A stretch of 64,000 bases of DNA from Bacillota bacterium (GTDB lineage Bacteria > Bacillota > Clostridia > Oscillospirales > SIG627). The stretch covers positions 13,822-77,821 of the forward strand of contig JAQXGK010000073.1 of the NCBI GenBank assembly GCA_029006345.1, written 5' to 3'. The position numbers and the translations under genes were made by a program. Each line of letters opens with the position of its first letter. The first letter of the stretch is position 1. Below the pieces are notes generated by a model. It ran no database searches and was not told the origin of the DNA. It saw nothing but the letters and a program-made list of their open reading frames with translations. Of the stretch, positions 47,079-56,033 are shown piece after piece.

Positions 47079-47822
47079 ATGCTGATAGGACTAATGTGCG
47101 CGACAAACGACGAAATCGCGCTTCTGAAAAAAGATATGAAGGTCACCTCCTCCGAGGAAGTCGGCGGAAGAACCTTCTACCGCGGCAAGCTATACGGCAA
47201 GAATACCGTGCTGGTTCGCTCCAATATCGGAAAGGTAGCCGCGGCTATAACCACTACCGTTCTGATAGAACGCTACTCGGTGGATGAAATTGTATTCACG
47301 GGAACCGCCGGAGGAGTAGGAAACGGACTTCACGTGGGCGACGCCATAGTTGCCGAAAGCCTCGTACAGCACGATTTCGACTGCATCGGCTGCGATCTCT
47401 TCAACGTGCCTATTCTTGACAAGACCCATTTTGAAACCGATAAGATAATATCAAAGAACGCAATGCACGCCGCACAGGATTATTTCGACAATCACATGAG
47501 GGAGGATATCTCGGAAGACATCCTAAGAAAATTTCATATCACCTCACCCAAGGCCGTCTCCGGTGTTGTCGCCTCGGGAGATGTGTTCATCCGTTCCTCG
47601 GAAAAGAAAAAATGGCTGCTCGACAATATCGACAACCTCAAGTGCGTCGAAATGGAGGGCGCCGCGGCGGCTCAGGTCGCTTACGAATACGGAGTCGCCT
47701 TTGCGGTTATCCGCATCGTATCGGATGCCGCCGACGAGCAGGGAGAATTCAACTATAACGAATTTGTAAGCGAGGCTTCCTCGCGCTTTGTCCGCGGCAT
47801 AGTAAAGTGTCTGCTGTCGTAA
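47079..47822 (+). CDS. mtnN: 5'-methylthioadenosine/S-adenosylhomocysteine nucleosidase
   Basis: GKVAAA, FTGTAGG, VEMEGAAAAQVA and RIVSDAAD match the Pfs/MtnN family pattern. Confidence 0.85.
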   Translation: MLIGLMCATNDEIALLKKDMKVTSSEEVGGRTFYRGKLYGKNTVLVRSNIGKVAAAITTTVLIERYSVDEIVFTGTAGGVGNGLHVGDAIVAESLVQHDFDCIGCDLFNVPILDKTHFETDKIISKNAMHAAQDYFDNHMREDISEDILRKFHITSPKAVSGVVASGDVFIRSSEKKKWLLDNIDNLKCVEMEGAAAAQVAYEYGVAFAVIRIVSDAADEQGEFNYNEFVSEASSRFVRGIVKCLLS

Positions 47823-47867
47823 AAGACAGCTTGTCTGCCCATGAATCACTTTACGGAATACTAAAAC

Positions 47868-47912
47868 AGAATAAGGACAGCGGTGTCGTTCGCCGCTGTC
47901 CTTTTCTCTTAT
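47868..47912. terminator. Bidirectional terminator between mtnN and copA
   Basis: 11-bp stem AAGGACAGCGG (47873-47883) / CCGCTGTCCTT (47893-47903), with T-rich sequence on both strands' downstream sides. Confidence 0.65.
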
Positions 47913-47923
47913 TGATGTGTTTT

Positions 47924-50557
47924 TTATTTTTCCGCGCTTGCCTCATAGCCGGCGTTTTTTACCGCCGCAATCAGCTCGCTTTCCATTCCGTCGCAGGCGG
48001 TATAAACCGTTGCCTTTGCGTTTTCCAGATCCACCTCGACCTTGTCTGCCCCGTTTACGGCGCCGAGCGCCTTTTCAACATGAGCCTTGCAATGTGCGCA
48101 CATCATTCCCTTAACGTTAAGTGTAACGATATTCATTTTTTTATTCTCCTTTTTAGTCTCCTGACCTTCGCTGCGAACAGTTTTGAGCTTTACCAGCCTG
48201 AGCCTAAGCGCGTTTGTAACTACGCAGACCGAGCTGAGACTCATTGCCGCGGCGCCTATCATCGGACTGAGCGTCAGCCCGAATGCCGGGAATAATACTC
48301 CCGCGGCTATCGGTATGCCGAGAACATTATAGAAAAAAGCCCAGAACAGATTCATTTTTATATTGCGCATAACCCTTCGGCTGAGCGTCATGGCACCGGC
48401 GGCGCTGATAAGGGAGCTGTTCAAAAGAATGATATCAGCACTGTCAAGTGCAATATCGGTTCCCGCGCCTATAGCCATTCCGACATCTGCGGCCGCCAGG
48501 GCGGGCGAATCGTTAATTCCGTCGCCTATCATAACCGTTCTTCTGCCTTCAGCGCGGAATTTTTGTACCTGAGCCTCCTTGTCGGCAGGAAGAATGTCGA
48601 CTACTGCCTCATCTATACCAACCTCTCGGCATACCGCCGCGGCAGATGCGCGGTTGTCGCCGGTCAGCATCACAGCCTTCATACCGAGCGCCTTTATATC
48701 AGATATCGCCTCGCGCGAATCGGCGCGCACCTTGTCGCTTATACCGATAAGCGCCTTTATTCCCTCTCCGTCCGAGAGAAATACAAGCGTCCTTCCGTCA
48801 GCCTCGAGCGCTTTGGCGGCTTTTGCCGCCTCGCCCTTATCCGTTTCGGTGCCCGCGAGCTTCATAAGAGCCGCGTTTCCGGCATAATACATCCTTCCCT
48901 CAACCTCAGCGCTTGCTCCGAGACCGCCCCTGTAGCTGAATTTTGTGCTTTCGGGAATTTCAAAATCCCCCGCCCGCTCGATTATAGCCGAAGCAATCGG
49001 ATGCGTACTTCCGCTCTCAACGGCGGCGGCTATTGAGATTGCTTTTTCCTGCGTCATGCCGTCAAAGGTAATAATGTCGCTCACCTGCGGCTTGCCTCGC
49101 GTCACCGTGCCCGTCTTGTCGAGCAGCACAGTATCTGCCTGTGCAAGAGCCTCAAGGCTTGCCGCCGACTTGATTAGTATTCCGTACTCTGCGGCCTTTC
49201 CCGTCCCTACCGTGACCGCCACAGGAGTAGCGAGTCCGAGCGCGCACGGACAGGATATTACCAGCACCGTTATGGCACGGGCAAGCGCAAATTCAAAGCC
49301 CTGTCCCGCTATCATCCATACGGCAAAGGTAACTGCCGCTATTGCCATAACGCACGGTACAAATACAGCGCTTATTTTGTCGGCAAGCCGCGCAATGGGC
49401 GCTTTGGAGTTGCCGGCCTGCTCAACCAGCCTTATTATGCCGGAAAGGGTTGTATCCTCCCCAACCCTTGTCGCCTCATACAAAAACGCGCCGTCGACGC
49501 TTTTTGTTGCCGAAATTACGCTGTCTCCGACTGTTTTCTCCACCGGCATACTCTCGCCGGTTACGGCAGATTGGTCGAGAAAAGCCTGTCCCTCAGTCAC
49601 CCGTCCGTCCGCCGGCAGAATATCTCCCGGGCGTATCGAAACAATGTCGCCCTGCCGGAGTTGGTCGAAAGCTATGCTTTCCTCTTTTCCGTCCCTGACT
49701 ACCCTGACGCTCTTTGGCGCAAGGTCAAGAAGCTTATCCACCGTGTCGGAGGTCTTGCCCTTAGAGCGCTCCTCAAGCCATTTTCCGACCGTCACCAGCG
49801 TAAGAATCATAGCCGCAGACTCAAAGTAAAGCTCGTGGGAATAATGCGCTACTGTTGCGCTGTCGCCTTCTCCGAGCGCGTAGATCATGCAAAATATCGC
49901 AAAAACGCCGTACACAAACGCCGCACCCGAGCCAATCGCAACAAGCGAGTCCATATTCGGCATACGGTGAAACAGTGCCTTAAAGCCGCGAGTAAAAAAC
50001 GCCCGGTTGACAATAATTACGCCCAGTGCAATAAACATCTGAATCAGAGCGTTTATCGGAGCGTGATTTCCGGCGCTTATGGCGTGGGGAAGCGGCAGAG
50101 ACAGCATATGTCCCATAGACAGGTACATAAGCGGCACCAGCAGTACCGCCGACACAATAAGTCTCGTTTTGAGCGCCTTTGCGGTCTCAATGTGCGGGTT
50201 TGTGCGTTTGCTTCTATCCGCACCGGGATTGCCGTGACCGCCGCCTTGCTCCCGCTTGATTTGCGCTCCGTAGCCGATGTGCCGCACCGCGTCAATGATC
50301 GCCGCCGAATCGGTTTTCGTCCGGTCAAGCCTGACCTGCATATCTCCGCTCAGCAAATTCACGCTTGCCGACCGGACGCCGTCCAGCCTTGATACGCATT
50401 TTTCAACATTTGCCTGACACGCGGCGCAGGTCATTCCGGTCACCGTAAAATCAAGCCTTTGCATATTTTCGCCGTCAGCAAGCCTTTGCTCCGTTACTGC
50501 AGCACCGATTTGAATACTGTTTTCTTCCGTAACGTCGTTTTGCGCTGTTTTTTTCAT
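47924..50557 (-). CDS. copA: Copper-translocating P1B-type ATPase with N-terminal and an additional C-terminal heavy-metal-associated domain
   Basis: N-terminal HMA (GMTCAACQ), a CPC motif in SCPCALGLATP, DKTGT phosphorylation site and GDGINDSPAL. The last 70 aa form a CopZ-like HMA domain (GMMCAHCK). Confidence 0.9.
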   Translation of the reverse strand: MKKTAQNDVTEENSIQIGAAVTEQRLADGENMQRLDFTVTGMTCAACQANVEKCVSRLDGVRSASVNLLSGDMQVRLDRTKTDSAAIIDAVRHIGYGAQIKREQGGGHGNPGADRSKRTNPHIETAKALKTRLIVSAVLLVPLMYLSMGHMLSLPLPHAISAGNHAPINALIQMFIALGVIIVNRAFFTRGFKALFHRMPNMDSLVAIGSGAAFVYGVFAIFCMIYALGEGDSATVAHYSHELYFESAAMILTLVTVGKWLEERSKGKTSDTVDKLLDLAPKSVRVVRDGKEESIAFDQLRQGDIVSIRPGDILPADGRVTEGQAFLDQSAVTGESMPVEKTVGDSVISATKSVDGAFLYEATRVGEDTTLSGIIRLVEQAGNSKAPIARLADKISAVFVPCVMAIAAVTFAVWMIAGQGFEFALARAITVLVISCPCALGLATPVAVTVGTGKAAEYGILIKSAASLEALAQADTVLLDKTGTVTRGKPQVSDIITFDGMTQEKAISIAAAVESGSTHPIASAIIERAGDFEIPESTKFSYRGGLGASAEVEGRMYYAGNAALMKLAGTETDKGEAAKAAKALEADGRTLVFLSDGEGIKALIGISDKVRADSREAISDIKALGMKAVMLTGDNRASAAAVCREVGIDEAVVDILPADKEAQVQKFRAEGRRTVMIGDGINDSPALAAADVGMAIGAGTDIALDSADIILLNSSLISAAGAMTLSRRVMRNIKMNLFWAFFYNVLGIPIAAGVLFPAFGLTLSPMIGAAAMSLSSVCVVTNALRLRLVKLKTVRSEGQETKKENKKMNIVTLNVKGMMCAHCKAHVEKALGAVNGADKVEVDLENAKATVYTACDGMESELIAAVKNAGYEASAEK

Positions 50558-51798
50558 TCGTTATCCTTCGTTTCTGTTTCCTTTCCATCGGCACCCTGAT
50601 CCCGTGCCTTCTTTTTCCTTTTTATGATTATTATAGCCGCAGCTGCCGCGATAATAACCGCCGCACCGATAATAATGCCGATTACAAGGCCGGTATTTAC
50701 GTCCTCCGTGCTGTCAGTACCCGGCTTTTTAGCAGTTGTTGCGGTCGTAATACTTCTTGAGGTAGTATTTTGAGTTAATTTAGTTGTAACAGCACTGCTT
50801 TCCGTCGAGGACGCAGAAGAGGCAGTTGTAGCGGCAGTAGGCGAAGTGGTAGTGGTTGCCGGCGGCATTTCTCCGTTCTCAAAGCCGGCGAGGTACAGCG
50901 GAATATACGAGCCGAAGTACTGCGCTCCGCCCGGGCCTATACAAGCGGTGGCAAGACCGTCGTTTAAGTAGATATCGCCGCCTATGTCGCCGGTCGCCAG
51001 GCTGATCGCGATTCCGCAGTAGCTTCCGTCTGTGCGTGCAACGGTTATGACGTTATCGCCCTTGTTGCCCTTTTTATCGGTCTTATAATCTATCCATCCC
51101 CACGGAACGCGCACCTCATATGTATCAAGCGCCTGTTCGTTCGAATGGGACACCTTGAAGAATGTAGTCGCCATCGGCAAATTCACGTCATTTGCACAGT
51201 TATACCTGATAGTGCCGCCGGAGACCGGGTCGGTATATATGTCGGATTCGGGGACATATACCGAGGTGTGCGAATAGTGAACGCCGGAAAGCTGAATTCC
51301 CGTATCGCTTGTCAGTGCAAACGACATACTGCGTCCGATAACCGACTTAAAGCCGTCCGACCAGGAAAAGTCATCGTCCAACAGATATGCAATGCAGTCC
51401 GGGTCGGTGGCGGGATTAACACTCGTTATGTTGAGCCCCATGTAGTGGCCGTCAAATATATCGTAGTCGTTCTCTCCGCCGTCCGCGACAAACACCCACT
51501 CGTTTATATGGGTTGGACAGGAAATTGTCGCGCCGATATACAGATAATTGTCATCGTAGCCCGCATAAGTATTTACCTTTGCGGCGGCGGCGTCTCCTTC
51601 GGCGTTGTCAAACAGCGTATAGGGATAGTCCTCCCCGGTCAGCTGATAATACTCGCCGTCGGAAATCACTCCGTCCAATACAGGCGCGTTTTTCAAGCGG
51701 TAAATCTTGATTTCGGCAGCGGCGTCCGCGGTCGAAAACAGCATGAGAACAGACAGGGCAAAAGCGCTGACAATGGCAGAAAACAGGCGTTTTTTCAT
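50554..51798 (-). CDS. Cell-surface protein: signal peptide, CBM9/DOMON-like ectodomain (tentative), Thr/Ser-rich stalk, C-terminal TM anchor
   Basis: AAAGGA SD and a signal peptide. APVLDGVISDGEY is typical of CBM9-like sugar-binding modules. The stalk is PATTTTSPTAATTASSASS..., and the TM anchor GLVIGIIIGAAVIIAAAAAIIII is followed by KRKKK. The stop overlaps the copA ATG (ATGA). Confidence 0.55.
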   Translation of the reverse strand: MKKRLFSAIVSAFALSVLMLFSTADAAAEIKIYRLKNAPVLDGVISDGEYYQLTGEDYPYTLFDNAEGDAAAAKVNTYAGYDDNYLYIGATISCPTHINEWVFVADGGENDYDIFDGHYMGLNITSVNPATDPDCIAYLLDDDFSWSDGFKSVIGRSMSFALTSDTGIQLSGVHYSHTSVYVPESDIYTDPVSGGTIRYNCANDVNLPMATTFFKVSHSNEQALDTYEVRVPWGWIDYKTDKKGNKGDNVITVARTDGSYCGIAISLATGDIGGDIYLNDGLATACIGPGGAQYFGSYIPLYLAGFENGEMPPATTTTSPTAATTASSASSTESSAVTTKLTQNTTSRSITTATTAKKPGTDSTEDVNTGLVIGIIIGAAVIIAAAAAIIIIKRKKKARDQGADGKETETKDNE

Positions 51799-51854
51799 GA
51801 TGTTTATCCTTTCGTTGACATGGTTTTGTGTGTTTGACCGTGTGAATTTTTATA

Positions 51855-52514
51855 TTATCCCCGTTTGAGCGTGTATCTGTCCGATTTCAGAATATCCGAG
51901 AGCATTTTTTCGTCCCTTACATCGACGTCGGTGATAATACCGCCTGTCGGCGTATGGGAATCGTAGTGGAAATCCGTGCCCGATATCATGTGAAGCCGGT
52001 ACTTGTCAGCCCACGCGGAGGCAATATCATTGCGGGAATCGTGCCCGAAGTGACCGTTATATACCTCTATTCCGAACAAATCCTCCGGATTGGTGACTAT
52101 CATCCCGTTTCTGAACGGATGCGCCTGATAAACCAGAACATTCTCGGGCTTGATAGATAAAAACTCGCCCAGAGTCAGGTCCGAGATAAGCGGTGCATGG
52201 CGGATAAAGTCCTCGTCCATTCCGAAGACAAGATAATCGTTGTGATGGTCGGCAAAGCAGCATTCGCTTGCGAAAAATACTCTCAGTCCTATCTTCTCGC
52301 CCTCCTCGCGCGCGGCGCGATAGCCCGACAGCAGGCGGTCGATCTTTCGGTCAAAACCGTCCTCGGGAAAATCCGCAAAGGTTCTGAAGCTGTAATGGTC
52401 TGTTACAGTCAGCGCGTCGTAGCCCGCCTGCTTGTATCTTCTGACCACTTCCTTGGCAGGGACTCTGGCACATCGGCTGGTCTCCGCGGTATGAGCGTGC
52501 AATTCAATAATCAT
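51855..52514 (-). CDS. PHP-domain metal-dependent phosphoesterase
   Basis: IELHAHTAETSRC at the N-terminus (PHP HxH motif), later DHY, QAHP and GTDFH. The ATG at 52514 with AAGGAA SD is preferred over the ORF-track 52562. Confidence 0.7.
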   Translation of the reverse strand: MIIELHAHTAETSRCARVPAKEVVRRYKQAGYDALTVTDHYSFRTFADFPEDGFDRKIDRLLSGYRAAREEGEKIGLRVFFASECCFADHHNDYLVFGMDEDFIRHAPLISDLTLGEFLSIKPENVLVYQAHPFRNGMIVTNPEDLFGIEVYNGHFGHDSRNDIASAWADKYRLHMISGTDFHYDSHTPTGGIITDVDVRDEKMLSDILKSDRYTLKRG

Positions 52515-52709
52515 TTTTATATTCCTTTTCAGCCGCCGTAAAGCAATCTCGCTTTCAGGCATATTTACGGACAGTATTTTACCACATTAACGCAAAAATG
52601 GCAACAAAATACGGTGCCCGATGAAAAATCCTTTTTTCGGGAAAAAGAATAAAACTCCGCCGTTTGACATACATTATTAACACCCTGAATGAGAGGCGAT
52701 TCAAATCTG

Positions 52710-53183
52710 ATGAAAAGTACAACAAAAAAGCTGATAATCTGCCTATTAATTCCCCTCGCCGTGGGCGGCCTGTCCGCTCTGCTGACAATGGGGAGTATGG
52801 AACAGTTTGAAAAGCTGAATCAACCGCCGCTCTCCCCGCCGTCGTGGCTTTTCCCGGTCGTGTGGACGATACTGTTTGTTCTGATGGGCATAGCGTCCTA
52901 TCTCGTGCTGACCTCGGGCGATAACGCGTCCGCAGTAAAAAGCACTCTGACCTTCTACGGAATACAGCTCGTTTTTAATTTCTTCTGGACAATAATCTTC
53001 TTCAATCTCCGGCTCTACCTTGTGGCCTTCGTGTGGCTTATTATTCTGTGGGTATTGATACTGACGACGCTTATCGGCTTCTTTCGCATCTCCAAGCCGG
53101 CGGGCTGGCTTATGCTGCCTTATCTTATCTGGGTCGCCTTCGCAGGCTACCTCAATATCGCGATATTCTTTCTCAACAGTTGA
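52710..53183 (+). CDS. tspO: TspO/MBR family tryptophan-rich sensory protein
   Basis: Five TM helices and Trp-rich family motifs (PPSWLFPVVWTILFVLMG, FFWTIIFF, LPYLIWVAFAGYLN). The start at 52710 is preferred. Confidence 0.8.
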   Translation: MKSTTKKLIICLLIPLAVGGLSALLTMGSMEQFEKLNQPPLSPPSWLFPVVWTILFVLMGIASYLVLTSGDNASAVKSTLTFYGIQLVFNFFWTIIFFNLRLYLVAFVWLIILWVLILTTLIGFFRISKPAGWLMLPYLIWVAFAGYLNIAIFFLNS

Positions 53184-53319
53184 AAGAGACAGCCTCCCGA
53201 ACCGGCGCATATCAGTATTGCAAGCAGCAGTCAATTCGCTTTCATGCGCCGTGGGGCACCTCCCACGGCTTTCGCTTGATCTCATTTAATTGGATTCACA
53301 TGCTCTATTCGTCCGCAGC

Positions 53320-53351
53320 AAAAAACCGGAAGTCAGCGGCTTCCGGTTTTT
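53320..53351. terminator. Bidirectional terminator between tspO and the PIG-L gene
   Basis: Stem CCGGAAG (53326-32) / CTTCCGG (53340-46), flanked by A6 and T5. Confidence 0.7.
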
Positions 53352-53398
53352 ATTATGTCATAGTGCTATGTTTTGTCACAACGCCGGAAACCGGCCTG

Positions 53399-54127
53399 TC
53401 ACCTAACCTTTATCCAATCCTCGTCGCGGAACATATGCTCAAACTTCCCCCTTGCATAGGACTGGCTTGAATACACGTCAACCAGCTCCATTTTTCTGTT
53501 ATATACATCATCGGAGAGAAGTCGGACATCAGACGGAATTGTCTCGGACGGCGAATAATATTTCGCAAAATTATAATAATCGCAGTCCAGCCCGAGATCA
53601 TCATACACGTCGGTCACCATGCTGTGTACCATCTTGTGATGCTGATGACCGTACTCGCCGTCGGAATTGTGCGTCACGACCTCCGTCCAGTTCTTATAGG
53701 AGAGAATAGTCTCTATATCGTCAGAGATATCGTCCTTCCAAAAATACCAGTTGCTGCGCTTCTTGCCGATTTTATCGGGATATGACAAAATTAGCGCCTT
53801 GTCGCCGGTAGAGGAAACCACCTTGTTGAATTCGGTGCTTCTGGTGCCGTCGTAGCCGCGGGTTATGCATACCACCAGATAGTCATCCCGCTGCAAAGCC
53901 GAGGAGCCCCAGAAGGTCTCGTCGTCCGGATGCGCTACAAACATTACCTTGTCATAGCCGTCAAGCGAAAGCGCGTCGAGCTGCTCGGCCGCAACCGGTT
54001 TTATATTGAGAAACGGCGCAACATTAATCGCAATCCGCACGGCCGGTATAAGCAAAACAAGCACAAGCACCCACAGCACCATCATGAACCTGTGGCTGTT
54101 TAGTTTTTTTGATATTTTCTTTTGCAA
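53399..54127 (-). CDS. PIG-L/LmbE-family deacetylase with N-terminal TM anchor
   Basis: VMFVAHPDDETFWG (zinc-binding PIG-L motif) and a later HQHH. There is an N-terminal hydrophobic helix, MMVLWVLVLVLLIPAV. The start is uncertain (TTG 54127 or ATG 54085). Confidence 0.7.
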   Translation of the reverse strand: MQKKISKKLNSHRFMMVLWVLVLVLLIPAVRIAINVAPFLNIKPVAAEQLDALSLDGYDKVMFVAHPDDETFWGSSALQRDDYLVVCITRGYDGTRSTEFNKVVSSTGDKALILSYPDKIGKKRSNWYFWKDDISDDIETILSYKNWTEVVTHNSDGEYGHQHHKMVHSMVTDVYDDLGLDCDYYNFAKYYSPSETIPSDVRLLSDDVYNRKMELVDVYSSQSYARGKFEHMFRDEDWIKVR

Positions 54128-54161
54128 TTAAAAAATGCTCTTTTCTTTTTTTGATAATTCG

Positions 54162-54190
54162 ATTATATTCAAAAAATCAAGCGATTTCAA
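54162..54190 (-). promoter_or_regulatory. Putative promoter of the PIG-L deacetylase gene
   Basis: On the - strand: TTGAAA (54190-54185), a 17-nt spacer, then TATAAT (54167-54162). Confidence 0.4.
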
Positions 54191-54207
54191 GCAAAGTGAC
54201 AGAATCG

Positions 54208-55947
54208 TCACGCAGTGTAGCTGACCGTGCCGCTTTCCGCGTCGACCAGTACATAAGCGCCGGATTTAAGTATCTTGGTAGCATTTTCCGCATTTATTAT
54301 AACCGGAATATCAAGACTTAGTCCGACTGTAGACGCATGACAGTCAACCGTCGGCGATTCGCAGATTATGGCGCGGGCCTTCTTGAGATACGGCAGCATG
54401 GTGTTGTCAGTAGAACGCGCCACTATTATATCGCCGTCGCAGAAGCTCTCAAGAGACTTCTGATTCTGTACGACGCAGAGATTGCCGCCGATACGCTTAG
54501 AACCTATGCCTGTGCCCCTGAGCAAAACGTGCCCCGCAACATGCACCTTCATAAGGTTGGTGGTGCCGGAAACGCGAAGGGGCACTCCGGCGGTGATTAC
54601 CACCAGCTCGCCCGGCTTAACAAGCCCGCTTCTCTCAGCTCCGTCTACCGCAAGGTTAAAAAGTTCGTCAGTCGATGAAGCCTCCTCGATAAGCAGCGGC
54701 GTAACTCCCCACGAAAGATTGAGCTGGCGGCAGACATGAGCCTGCGTAGTACAGCCGATAATCCTGCAGGCAGGCCTGTATTTGGAAATCATCCGCGCGG
54801 TCTTGCCCGCCATAGTCACCGTTATGACAGCCGACGCGCCTAAGTCGTGCGCCGTTGTGCAGGTTGCGTGGGATATGGCGTTTGTGATATCGGGCGACGC
54901 CTCGACCTCGCGGCTGCGGAAGCGCTTCCTGTAGTCAATATCCTTCTCGGTACAGCGTGCGATACGTGCCATAGTCTCGACCGCCTCGACGGGATAATCG
55001 CCCATAGCCGTCTCCCCCGAGAGCATGATTGCGCTGGTGCCGTCGTAAATGGCATTTGCCACATCGGTCGCCTCGGCTCTCGTCGGACGCGGGTTATGAA
55101 TCATTGACTCAAGCATCTGTGTTGCCGTAATCACCTGTTTGCCGGCGTTATAGCCCTTGGTGATGAGCTTTTTCTGAAGAATAGGCACTTCCTCAAAGGG
55201 AATTTCCACGCCCATATCGCCGCGCGCGACCATAATACCGTCGCTCACTGCAATAATCTTGTCAATGTTTTCAACACCCTGACGGTTCTCGATTTTCGCT
55301 ATAATATTTATCGTATTGCACTTCTTTTCGGCAAGCACGCGGCGAATATCCATTACATCCTCCGCGCTTCTGACAAAGCTCGCCGCTATAAAGTCAAAGC
55401 CGGTATCTGCGGCGAATTCGATGTCCTTTCTGTCCTTTTCGCTGATATACGGCATCGAAAGCGCTGCTCCGGGGACATTTACACCCTTGTGGTCGGAAAC
55501 CTTGCCGCCGTTGTGCACACGGCACACGATCTCGGTGTCGCGGACCTCCTCCACGCGTGTCTCAATCAGTCCGTCGTCGATAAGAATCCGGTCGCCTCTG
55601 CCCACATCCTTCGGCAGTCCGGCGTAGCTTATCGGCAAAAGGCTGTCGTTTCCTTCGACATTTTGAGTTGTAAATACGACGCTCTGTCCCTTTTTGAGCG
55701 TCACGCTCCCGCCTGCAAGCGAGCCAATGCGTATTTCCGGCCCCTTTGTATCAAGGATTGTCGGTATATTGAGAGCTAACTTTTCACGGCATCGAACCAC
55801 CTTGTCAAACATCGATTTGTGCCACTCATATGTACCGTGAGAAAAATTAAACCTCGCGGCGTCCATTCCGGACAGCATAAGCTGGTTTAACACCTTTTCA
55901 TTCTCGGTAGCGGGTCCCATAGTACAAACTATTTTTGTTTTTCTCAT
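54208..55947 (-). CDS. pyk: Pyruvate kinase with C-terminal PEP-utiliser mobile domain
   Basis: MRKTKIVCTMGPA, MVARGDMGVEIP, and a C-terminal extra domain of about 90 aa with a His-containing loop (DCHAS), as in Bacillus/Geobacillus-type PK. Confidence 0.95.
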   Translation of the reverse strand: MRKTKIVCTMGPATENEKVLNQLMLSGMDAARFNFSHGTYEWHKSMFDKVVRCREKLALNIPTILDTKGPEIRIGSLAGGSVTLKKGQSVVFTTQNVEGNDSLLPISYAGLPKDVGRGDRILIDDGLIETRVEEVRDTEIVCRVHNGGKVSDHKGVNVPGAALSMPYISEKDRKDIEFAADTGFDFIAASFVRSAEDVMDIRRVLAEKKCNTINIIAKIENRQGVENIDKIIAVSDGIMVARGDMGVEIPFEEVPILQKKLITKGYNAGKQVITATQMLESMIHNPRPTRAEATDVANAIYDGTSAIMLSGETAMGDYPVEAVETMARIARCTEKDIDYRKRFRSREVEASPDITNAISHATCTTAHDLGASAVITVTMAGKTARMISKYRPACRIIGCTTQAHVCRQLNLSWGVTPLLIEEASSTDELFNLAVDGAERSGLVKPGELVVITAGVPLRVSGTTNLMKVHVAGHVLLRGTGIGSKRIGGNLCVVQNQKSLESFCDGDIIVARSTDNTMLPYLKKARAIICESPTVDCHASTVGLSLDIPVIINAENATKILKSGAYVLVDAESGTVSYTA

Positions 55948-56033
55948 AATTGTTGAAATGCCTTGCCTTTCGAATATTCAAAATCTTTCCTGTTTATCAT
56001 AATATCACACAATTTTCCACTAAGCAATCATAA

